From: Iphione sp. A-MEVVRFRX5
Lineage: Eukaryota
Assembly: GCA_976226885.1 (NCBI GenBank)
Contig: OZ320313.1
Coordinates: 71,734,001 to 71,798,000 of the forward strand
Length of the DNA stretch: 64,000 nt
Direction: 5' to 3'
Part shown: in pieces, positions 47,843-60,100 of the stretch
Numbering within the stretch: the first letter of the stretch is position 1
How the letters are laid out: each line of letters opens with the position of its first letter
Notes under the pieces: generated by a model
What the model saw: only the letters and a program-made list of their open reading frames with translations
Databases searched by the model: none
What the model was told of the DNA's origin: nothing
Made by a program: the position numbers and the translations under genes

Positions 47843-50800
47843 GAGGCACTGACGGGTCTTCTAAAGACCACTGACCTAGTCGGCCACCTTCAGCACTGCA
47901 GCAGAACGTTGCCTTCCCTGTCACCGTTCGTCCAATGAGTGGCGTTAATCCGTGCTAGTTTTCCACCCAATCTATAGATGGCACACACGATAGCATCTAC
48001 AACAGCAGGTGAACTAGCAGGCGACGGCCAGGTGGCTGTACTGCACCTGCTGATCGCATCTCTCTGGCGCTAACGTTGTTACCTGTATGACTACACCCAC
48101 AGCACTCCATCTGCCGCTGCCGCCACTACTGCAGCCAGCGTGCTGCTGCTGCCTTTCCAGTTACTGTTGGGCTTGCTGCAGGCAATATAAGCTAACTACT
48201 GTGCGTACTGCCACGCACAACTTTACTGCTACATTGATGGCACAGAACTTAAAACAAGTAATACCTGTTGCTAAGAGAAGCTTATATGCAGATCATTTGT
48301 ATACATGTATTTATATTAGTTTAGCATGTACATAGGTACTAACACAACATTCTGGCAGCGGCGGGGATAGTGCTGCTCTCCTTACTAGCCACGCCAAGGA
48401 AAGCGAATCCAGATCCCGTCGCCTGCTTCAAGGTGAGCTCAGGTCACAGGTGGGAACACGGAAGAGCAACAGCTGACATGGAATCGACGTTATGAATTAT
48501 TTACCGGGGAAACGAGGAAACGCACTAGACCACAAAAACTAAATCATGCGGTAATTTTGGTTGAATGTAAATAATTCCGTAATGATGTGGACGGGAGAAT
48601 CGTTTCTTTCCATCCTTTTCCCGTGAAATAAATATGCACTGAGCTAACACATTAATATCCTGAAATATATTACGGGTAACACAAAAATAGCAGCTTGCCT
48701 TCAATATATACTTAGCCAACAAAAAACCTCATGACAAAAAAAGTGTAAGCTCGCTCGATTATTAGTTCAGGAAAACGTTTGTCCTGAAACGTGGACGTCA
48801 TCAGAGGCCATTTATTCTGAATGAAGTTCAGTCAAGTATTAGTATTCAATAAACCATTGTTTTCTTACTGAATGACAGCAGATAATATGCCAATAGGTTA
48901 AGAACTACGGCCACTGCGTTAGAAGCTGTCAACCGCAGCCTTGCAGCGGAGGTCTGATATGATGTTTTCCTGCTGAAATCCAGTCACCTTTTATCTTAGC
49001 CCTATGCAAACACTGCATTATATATACTACTCGCACTGTGCGAAGCCACTCCCAGGATTAATTGGAGTGGGCGGGCTGGTAAGTCGGGGCGGACGAGACG
49101 ACTTACCGAGAATAACAATCAGTGATAAAGAAGAGCAAAGCAACACATATAAGCACTATAATGCACTGGCGCCACTGAAAACCGAATATATTCTACAGGC
49201 GCCACAGGCGTCAGCGGATGACGGATGAGGTGGCAGGTCAGAGGCTGGCCAAAAATGCGAGCACATTTCATACGACGATGGGCCCATTTCGGCGCCATTT
49301 CCAACGCCCTCCTGCTGATTATATCTATTTGGATACAACATCCATCACCATACAGGTTACTTAAGGCTGATTTGTCAACAGGCACCCGTCTGGACGTCTA
49401 TTTATGGCCACCACGTAAGGGTCGTGGGTCGCCGGCCCCGATCTCGACTGGGAGGGTTCGCAGACGGTCGACTGGTGGTGATGGTATTGTGGAAAGCGGT
49501 CTGGCCGTGTGTCAAATACTAGGCTAGCGACAGGGACGACCAACAAGTGCTTTTACTCGGCATACACCCGAGTCTGAGTGATGCCGTCCAAGTTCACAGA
49601 GCGCTTTCACCTTTCTAGGAATAACACTGCCATCGGAGGTGGAAGAGGTCATCTAAACAAAACTGCGTCGCACTATGCCTAAGATGGGGGCCGTCATATA
49701 AACGAATAAAATCATCCGGAAGGGTCAGATAAATGAGCTACAGTTGTTTAATGAATGGGTTCGCTTAATGCCTCATTCACCCTGTGAGAGTCTGCTGATC
49801 CCTGGAAGGGATGTGCCGTCTAGTAATGGCGAATCTAGGGCACGTGTCTGGAATGGACATCATGATGTCCCTGACCCTGATCTCCGACCCCACCCTCACT
49901 GCTATGTTGACTTACGCCCAAACTTTTCACACCTTAAAGCCAAGTACTCACACCGGACGTTAAATTAACATCGGCGAGGCGTTGGTATATTCCTTAATCT
50001 CTTGTCAAGTTAAGAGAGTATTCTATATCAAAAGGATGTATATACTGTATTCTATGTCACAAAATATTGTATATTTCTAAAGAGCACACAGAGGGATGAC
50101 AAATAACTCACACAGAATCTGCAACCTGAAATGTGAAAAAGCAATGCCTTAAGGCCATAAAATACTAGAACATACAAATCGATTAGAGAACAGCCACCAT
50201 GGCCATTGTTAAGAAAGATAATGTGGTTTACTGTCAATAAGAGCACGATAAATGAATACGATGTAACGATCTTTGACACTACAATTGAATATAAATACCG
50301 TCAGTAATAAGAAAACAGGACACGGAAAAACGCTTGTGTTCTACTCTGGACCAAATCCATGGAAATAAATGTAGTTTTGTGTAGTAAAGTGCAGCAATTT
50401 AGCCTTTCTTCTCTTTGATCTCTGTTCTGTATGTATTATGAGTGACAGTTTATCCTCTTTATAGCCTGGAACGGAGATAGTGTTTCTGCTGTTACGAGGT
50501 CTATTCAACAAAACACGGACCTCATAAATGGAACTGCCACGTTAACAATGAATAAGCTGCCCCGTAAGCAAAACACTTGGCCCTTCCGGACGGGCCATAA
50601 ATTAAATCAATAAAGTTATCTTCCACTTAACCTCTTCATGTTAAGATACTTTTATTCCCTTTTTTTAAAAAAAACTTTATTCATACTGACAATTCATTGG
50701 TGTCAGTCAATAGTGTTGTACATGTGGAACATTCCTTAATTCTACTATATATAAGCTATGTACACGAATATGTACAAGTATATATACAGAGTATTTACAA

Positions 50801-53800
50801 TACATACGGAACATACCATATATCAGAATTCAGAAACATAGTCTTAACCTGTTTAGACATGACACATAACACATTCCTGCTCCAATCCGATTCCTGTCCC
50901 ACTGCGATTTCCTTGATCGCAATATTAATCGCCCCCCCACACACTGCTACACGTCTCTGGCTGCTCTGAGGGTAGAGCCGTGCCCTCTCATCATCCATCT
51001 AACGATAATACATCGTATACCCAACGGGCGGCAATACATCTACAAAGACACCCCTTGAAGAGCACTTCCAACTGGTCCTCACTTTTTCTCCATTTGAGCG
51101 CACCCTATGGATAAAAAAAGTAACTTCTCCATCTGCCCCTAGTACCCCTGGTATTGTTTCATCTCTCTTTAAGTCCAAGAGAAGGATTCAAGCCCTGGTG
51201 ACGACAATACTATACGAATAAGCAAACAAATGCAAAGTTGGGAACCCCGGAGGCTAAGGGGTCTGGCTGCTGGAGATAGTTGCATGAGAAAGTCTACCCC
51301 CCGAGACACCGAGCCGCTGTGCTTATCAACAGGGTGTCGCTACTACACCGTCTTAACTGTTCTTGCGGTGTTAGAAAAGCCATTCTAACAGCAAAAGGTA
51401 CTAATGAGAAAAGGCACTGATTTGTTTCAGCTACTGACCGTGTTTGAACGTAAATACAGATGGACTCCCGGATAGACAGATCGACAGACCTCCCCACTCA
51501 GGTCTAAGTGAACTGACAGTGAACGGTCAAACGTTACAGTAGTGGTTATAAATATAGGGGTGTCAACAGAAAACGAAAGAAAAAGAGGCAACGGCTATAT
51601 AACGCCAAAAGCGAAGATTACCGATAACATAATTGGAAAACCGGTAAACTTAACAATCTATACTTCGACTCAAAGCACCTTCCTGTGTCGATATCGGGTT
51701 TGTACCGTTATACTAGTCTGTAAAAGGATTCATTCTAAGGTGACGAAGGCATCCGTTCAGTATTAATAGATACGGGGGTTCCAGGATTGGCACTTGTCCG
51801 TGATACTTCCTGCAAACACGGTTTTCACAAAATATACTCGCTATAAAATCCTCCATGAAATCTCTAGAGCATTTTCCATAAAGGTCAGACCACGTCTGTT
51901 AATGTCATCCTTACCTGTCTTGTACCTTCAAAGGGCAGCCTACAGTGATGACGGTTAAGATCTAATGGCTTGTTCAATATCAATCTTCTGTATAATCTGC
52001 CTGCCAGGTTAGCACGGCCTCGTGGGATCGTAAAGCGGACCCAACATTATTAATCATTAAATCTGCTCTTAAGATGAGGTCGGCGTCCTCCACTAACGAC
52101 GGTGAAGGGACCGAGAGCACTGTTTGACTCTTCTAATCGCCCTTTGTGCGTACAGCGTTTCTTCATGTCACTAGGAGCTATTTGCAGTAATTGACATATC
52201 TTCACTATAATTTCTTTATTATGTAGGGCTAGAGTTGAGTGATGCAACTAAAATACCCTCTCTTGTTTTCTTATGGAGAGGCCACTCTCTCCTCCCCCCC
52301 CCCCGACCCTGGCAGGCCTTCTCCTTGCGACTAAGCTGCAAAACACATTACTAGTCACATCTCCCGTGTCTAGCCTCAGGATTATTCCTACTGGAGAAGG
52401 ACCAGGAGAGCTGCTCGTGGCGTCAGACAGCAGAGGCTCGGCTAGCTGCGTGCCACATGCGTCGACTTGCATCCCGTCTAATCACTATGATTCTCACTAT
52501 TATCACCACTGGCGCCTTGGCCCGCTGATCGTTTCAACAAGAAAGACGTTGACGATCATACGTTATTACCTGTTTTAAGAGGGTGCAATCATCCTTTCCC
52601 TCACGGGAGCCGCCCGACGAAGGCGCGTGTCCAATCAACTGGCTCACTATCGATGTCCATATCTAAACCGAAGATGAGGCTACGGCAGAAGGTCACAGAT
52701 TAGGAAAATTATATCGATGCTAACGCGATCGCGCAAGGGAAGGGTGTCAAGTTCGTTCATCGCCATAGATACAGACATCCCGACAATGTGGATAGGAGAT
52801 GGAAGTGGGTAGGAGGGCGGCCGGCCTGGTAATCAGAAGAAAATGTCGTCATTCTGAAATTGACGCCCAAGGTTGGCCTGTCTAGACTTCCTAAAAGTTA
52901 TAGGGGTGCAATTTGGAAAAAAAATAACTGGCTGCACTAGATGAATACCCTACATGCTTGACTGGAAAAATCAATATCAAAATTCAACATCCGGCATTTT
53001 GTTAGTTTATTACGGAGAGAGATTACTGACATAAAATACGCTCTATTTGCTAAGGTGATACTGTCTGCGGCTGTGTACTTGTATCTGGGTTTTGATGAAC
53101 TATTAATTCATTTCAATGTAATCTGCAGACTTGAACATGCATGTGTGCAGAGTAAATACCTCGAATGCAGCTACTCGAGGGACCGGCCACTTCTAAGCCT
53201 CATGAAGTGCTGCCCTCCTTAGACTCTTATTTCCTATATATTGTATATCTTTATAGGTCAAGGTGGGGATCCAAGGGCTTCCCTCTTTGTTGGATAATCA
53301 GATTCTAAAGATGCACATAAAACAGAGCGTGAACGGACAGAGCCATACCGTCTGGGGTAGCTTCATGGCAATTCAGATTCATGTGGAAACAGATTTCGCT
53401 TTAGCACATCTGACACTGACGTGCGCTCAATGGCCTATGTCAGAGTACATGTCTACAAGCTCCACAGTGTTGACCAATCTTCACACATTTTCCAACCAGT
53501 CTTGATTGTTCCCAGTCCGGATCCCCCAGTGATACAGCCACCAACAGACAGGCCTCATTCGTCGCCTTCACATCAATTTTCATAGATATGTGTAGATGCA
53601 TACACAGTGGAATGCTTGCTTGCAAAAGTCTGGGAACCAAAAACGTCCCAAATGCGAACGAGTTTCACTAAAACTGAGCAGCTTTTAAAGTCTATCGAGG
53701 TACCAGACTGGAAATGTCTAAGACAGGGAAAGGACTGCCTGTGGGCGTGCATATTCTGGTACACAATGGTTAGAATCAAGCTTTGTCGCAGACATCACAG

Positions 53801-55744
53801 AGCCAAAGTGTTTGTGTCTCATCTCCGGCCGTGCCTTTTCTCGAGCTCGGCAGTGAGGTGGAGAGTGGCTAGTAGGCGGCCAGGTGGGTGGTAGTGAGTG
53901 TGGTGTCAGACTGTTGAACCATAACTCCATTCGAAAGTCAATTAAGAGTTCCTTTATCATCTGCTCACACTTGACTACAAACGGAGTCGTTTACCCGGAT
54001 ATGTTATCACGTGCGTTGATAGTCACTGGCAGTAACTCAATAATATTGTGGGATTTCGTGTTTGTTGCTATGTGTTTGTTGCTATGTAAGCTGAACATGT
54101 ACAAGCATAAGAAAGTATCACGATCAGTAATCATAATTTAAAGTAACATATTTTTGGGTAAAAAGCGGCCTTTGGCCACAAAGGTTCCCTAGCATCCGAC
54201 CTTGGAAGCTATAGATCGCATGACAGCATTTGCATGTATGAAAATTCATGTTTGTGATAAAGTGGTCTCATAACACAATGTCCCCGATAAGGACATGAAT
54301 AAAAACTGGACAGTAAGGTAAATTTTTACCGTAAAGAACCCGTGTGCGTTAATATCTCAGTCATTTCTCTGTATAGAACTGGAAACATGTACATGACGTT
54401 TGGATATATTCTGTGCAAATACCTGGGGACTAGCATTTTCTGCAGGGTGTGTTAGTAAAGAAATGCATACATGTTTGATCGAGCCATTATGCTGAAACAG
54501 ATATGTCACCTGTTGTCATCTGAAGCTCTTACCGGTATCCATACTGCACTGTTTCTGCCAAATGTGTGTATTTGTTTTGGTTTCAAAGAGACGAGCTAAC
54601 ATGAATGGCTATCAAAATGGAGAAATGCTTACCAGGTTTAATAAAGTACCGTTATTTCCTCGATATAGCTGGAGACTTCAATCCGGGTTCGAGGTCTCAT
54701 CGGTACCTGGTCCAACACCAAATGCTCAAAAAATACACTGTGCCTTCGTGTACCTCTGCCTCTTCAATATCCTGGCCAGGTATGCTGCTACCATCCAATG
54801 CACGGTGCTCTTGACCTCGTAATCTTATTAGGTTCTGATGAGCTGATTAATTCGATCGGCTGGCACTAGGGCCGCAGGCGTAACTGAACCAAAAAAAACA
54901 GCTAAGCTGAAGCGAATATTAACTATTCGGGGACGTTTGGCACTTCAACTACCATAGCGACGTATTATTTATGCCCTGACTGTTTGGAGGTGTATCTATT
55001 CCGAACTAATAAAATAAGCAAGTTGGTGAGTGTCAAAGTCTTGTCTATCCAGCAGAAGATTATACACAATGCTCGGAAACAAGTGCAATTCTTAACATTT
55101 TACGTCGCCTTGAAAAACAAGACTTCTGAAAAAGAACTACACATACGTCTGTCCTCACATCGATGTAGTTAAGACAGCGGATGCAAAAGGTATCTATTTT
55201 TCGCGGACAAGTGAGTCGAATTCTGGGAGCACATCGAAGGATGCGAGTGACAAAGCCCCGAGACCAGCCATGTAATCCGGATTTAGATCATCCTTCTCGA
55301 TCCGGCTGAGCACTCGCTAGCCGGCTGATCTACGGGTTTCACGGGCATCTGTCCTTTGACATCCAATGAAAGGAAAACGCACGTCCAACATGTCGATGTT
55401 ACACTGGAGCTGGTGCCAACGATGCGCCTTGGGCGATAGGAAAACAGGTGACATCCGGAATTGGGAGAATGAATCGCAATTTTATGAAGCGTGCATAACA
55501 GTTCACAATGACGCGCGCTGCCAAAAAATCTCACAATTTACCTACGACTTCTCTCCGAGCCCTTTTTAGGAAACATCATGTCGACGACATAAGAATTACA
55601 GCTGTAATGGTTCCAGGCTATCTAATGCCCCATGACATCAAAATCTTCATGCTCGTCCCAGATAGGAAAATCTTTTATTTTCTAAGTGCGAAAATATAAA
55701 CGAGATTAACACAGATTGTTCCAATCCACGAATCAAAAGCTATT

Positions 55745-55881
55745 NNNNNNNNNNNNNNNNNNNNNNNNNNNNNNNNNNNNNNNNNNNNNNNNNNNNNNNN
55801 NNNNNNNNNNNNNNNNNNNNNNNNNNNNNNNNNNNNNNNNNNNNNNNNNNNNNNNNNNNNNNNNNNNNNNNNNNNNNNNNN
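55745..55881. other. Assembly gap (137 N)
   Basis: Run of n. Confidence 1.
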
Positions 55882-57025
55882 TTTTCTTCGAGGCAGGTTC
55901 TTGAATTACCATGAAAAATCCCCATGAATATGCAGGTTTCTCTGATCAAATCAGTCAACACTGGTTCAGTGTTAATGCAACACCGTGTTAATCCTGTCCA
56001 TCCCTCGGCGATCCCTAGTGAATGGCCACGGGGCAGGATCACGTGATGCACCTATATTGGCCATCCCCTAAAAAGATGATCCAGAGAGGAGCTGTCAGGA
56101 CGAATGTATGATTCACTAAGTAGGCTTGTCACTGGGTTCAAACAGGTGAGAAAGGGGAGGAGTTGATGTTGGCGAAGTAGATGTCAATACAACCGAGCAT
56201 CTTGCACCTTTTGTAATAAGCTGTCCGGGCTCCTGTCCGGTTAGAGCCATTTCTTCACCTGCCAATGGACAGCACTCAAATGCCCACGAACGACAGTTTT
56301 TCCTCTTCGTTAATTTGAAAATAAACGCATGACAGCGTTGCCTCGTGGGTACAGATTGGTAATTTCAGGGGCTTCAAAACTTTCGAGTGACTTAAATATT
56401 TATTTTTGGCGTGGTTGATCATTCTTCTCAATTCTTTGTGTTTTGGTAGTTTGTGAATTTCTCCTCAATATTTACTTAATATAGAAAATGAGCGGTTTCG
56501 CCAAAACATTTATCAACAGAAATAAATGACAAATACGTCCATATGTAATCTAAAAACGTCAATCCTAAAACTTTAGTAGTTGTGATAACATATATGCTGC
56601 GCCTATTGGGGTTATTTTAAGTATTGTGTCTCATCAGTCTCATGTTACATGAAGAGGGCGAGACATAAATGTATATAAGAGAATACGAAATGATGCACCT
56701 GGGAATCGTGCGTGCGAGCAACCAGAGATGAGCACATGAATCTATTTATACTTGCATACCTGTTTCACTTAAGTATACGAATCTCGTGTTCGTGCGTGTG
56801 GTGGGGTCTGCCTCTAGATTGCAGTAGGTCGATAGGCGCACGGGTTGCAGAATCCAATCGCAGCTTCCTCGGGGCGCTGGCAGCACAGCTTCGGGTTGCG
56901 GCGATGCTAACTAGATTAAATGCAGTTTCTTGCTGAATAATTCAATGGGAGTAACGCTGGCGACGAGCAGCTGGGGATGCCGTGCCTTCTTGCCCTACTA
57001 GGCTGTTGCACATCCATCCGTTTAC

Positions 57026-57191
57026 CATGGCCCGTCGCCGCCGCCGCCGCCGCCGTCGTCGAGCTGCTCATTAGATTAACTTCAGCTGTCAGCTCTGTCC
57101 ACCAGACTTCCGACTCTTGTCCGCAATGCTGATACAAATACGTCATCCCTGGCATGTTGGCGTCCTTGTTGGTGCTCCTCTGACACTTCAT
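57026..57191 (-). CDS. Possible distal first exon (MKCQRSTNKDANMPG...MSSSTTAAAAAATGH), phase-1 donor
   Basis: ATG at 57191, poly-Ala (GCG)6, donor CAT G|gtaaac. Linkage to CELF is unproven. Confidence 0.2.
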
Positions 57192-60100
57192 CACTGTCAG
57201 ACCTGTCTAGAAGCCATAGACGGTTACATATATATATTGTATATATGTATTTTGGAACACTGTATAATCCGGCCACCCAGTCGTGATAAATATATCCGGT
57301 AGATGCTAGGCCCTATATCTGTGGGGCATATGTGGCGAGCAGGAAGTGTGTATGTGGTGATGGGGGGATATGTGAGCGGAATATAGGGAGATGAAAGACG
57401 CAGAAAGAACATCACAGATGACTGATCTCAACGCTCTGTGCACTGCATGGCCATCAACATGGCCATGAACATGTAAATATCTACGGCTAAACTACTGAAG
57501 ACTTCCTACTTGGCTTTATCCTTGACTCCAGACTTCTAGGATACCAACGTCCAAATTATAGGGAACATCTGAGGCCTAAACACCAAACACTGAAGCCCTA
57601 GTATACAAGGAGTTGCTCATTTCTGCTATCGACTTGCTGCTGCTACCTCTCCTGCCTCAGATCAGAAGGGTGTGTACACACCTGGTTATCAGTGCTTGAG
57701 AGATATTCATGGAATACCCGGTGTTTACCCTGGTTCCAGTCACCAGGTGAGAGAGGGAGGAAGGGAACGGGGAGAGGGGAGAGAGGCGGGAGGGGAGGGG
57801 AAGGGAAGAGAGGCAAGACCAGAGAAATATAGAGGGGGCAGGGAAAGAGAAAGACAGACAGACATACTTAAACAAGGATGAACTTTCTCTAACCTGATTT
57901 CTCCACAAATCTTTTACCTGTCAATTTCCTAGATATGAGATCCCCGTTGCGATTTTCTTACAAAAATCAGGTTTTTGTCCCAGACCCACCAAAGACTTTG
58001 TCATGGAAAGTTTGCTTTTGTCGGCGTCAGCGTTGGATGGTTACTAAGAACGTCAGCAGGTGGCGTGACATGTCACACGATGTCCCTACCAGCGCATAGT
58101 TCATGTCCCAGCTGCAAAGAACCAGCCGCAATGCCCATTAAATTGGCTCGCAGCAATATGGACAGGCTTCGCGTGACCATCTTCCCTCTCAATCAAACTG
58201 TTCTCTTCGTACGGTAGCTGCCATAGGAATACTGCAAAGTCGCAAAGAAACGTGTGCTGAATATTAAGGCAGCTCGAGTGTCATATATCACGTCAACAAG
58301 CAGTGCTAAATACGTCCAGCACAAACCTACTCACCCTTGGTTTACCCGCCTTCCCAAGACCAACAAACATCACTTGTCACAAGTACCAACGCCCTGAATC
58401 ATACTCCTCGTAATGCCACCGTAAAAACACTGGATCTTTGGAACCCCGCTTGGTTGATACTACAGACCGGGAGCTGCACTGACCTTGGGATCCATACCAC
58501 CACACAGAGTAACATTACACGGTCTTATCTGAAGTGCCGAGGGTGCGGTCCACAGACCTCTTAGCGCTCAGACTTAGGTCGAGAGTGACTGACCTGAACA
58601 TTCTGCAGGCAGAGTTCAGCTGGTGTGCCGTGTTAATTAGTGTAAACAAAAGTGAAATCATACTCCCTCCCTCCCACTGACATTACATAAAATCAGTGAC
58701 TGTGGGGTAAAGAGAATACCCGCGAAAATAACATGTTGCTTATGACCAACCAGGACTGATGAATTAATATGGATTTTGTGCGAAGCTCAAATTAAATTTG
58801 TCGCGAGAGGGAAGCGTGACGTTTTAAAGGAACTTACTTTACCGAATTGGCGTTTAAAACAATTTGAGAGCCTCATTTTAAAATTAGCACTAGGTTTTGG
58901 TTTAAAAAAAAGGAGTTGTGTTGAGGTATAGTGACAATTTAAAGACCGACTTTTTGCTTGGCGTATCCGTAATTGTACTTCATGGAGAGCACGTCTATTA
59001 ATTCGAGAGAGAGGGTTTCAGTAAAGCAACGTAGATCTGAACGTATACTGAACTACTGTATGGAGCGACCTTTAACAATGCAACATCATTCAACCAAATG
59101 GTGACGAGCTTTCTGTTCCATTGGTCGCATATCAATCAGAGGTTCACATTTATGTGTGCAGGTATTCTCTGTATACATGTGTGATGATTCAGAGTCTAAA
59201 TCATGGACAGATGATGTGACTGTGACTAATAAAGCCACTTTCAGATGTCAAAAAGGTTGGAACCAATTGGATTAAAATAACACCCTCCATTACTAGGGCA
59301 AGGTTACCTTTTCTCTGTTATATGATACGTAACAAAAGCCGACGTTAGGGAAGATATACTCTTGTATTAAATGTGGTTTACCCTATCTTATTTTCACCTT
59401 TCTTATAACTAAGTATGCTTCTAAGTCATGCTGATAACATGCTGTGCCTTACGTCAGTGACCTAATGGTAGTAAGGGGGCAAGGAGCGTCAACTTACCCT
59501 GAATGAAACCCGTGTACATACCATGTACCATGTTGGGTGAGGTTTATATGACGTTTTGAGTTTTGAAGGGTACCTCCTAGAGTATATTGATCGGACATGT
59601 ACTGTACTGACACGGGCATGCACCTAAAGTTTAGGACTGGCAGGCACTCTCACGTCGGAGCGATATTTACCATACGTCCACAAAAATATGTATGTAAAAT
59701 AGGTAAGAATGTGATTTCGACGTTGTAGGGCGACCCGATACACAGAAAACAGAGAGTGTGATGGCTGTTGGCCACTCCGAGATGCTGTGGGAAAAGGAGG
59801 TGAGCGCAGAGGCTCGAATACTTCCGTTGACACCAAGGCCTCGGTGTTGACTTAGTAAGCAACAGGTCTGTTTTATCTCCAGGCCCCACTAGGTGCCGCT
59901 ATTATCAGCCTCGACGTGCGTCTCAGACCCTATTAGTCATACCTAGGGCATATTTATATCCACCTTTTTATATATTTAAAAAAGTGTCCTTCTTTACATT
60001 AAGCAACGCAATACTAGCCAATAAACTTTCTTACCAGTTCGGATATAAAATGTAAGCAAAGACTGAACTGACCCTGTAGGCAACAAACAACTATTTCAGT

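Noticed and set aside
55716-56051. ORFs spanning N runs (also 46145-46548)
   Set aside because: They are open only because unknown bases were translated as X.
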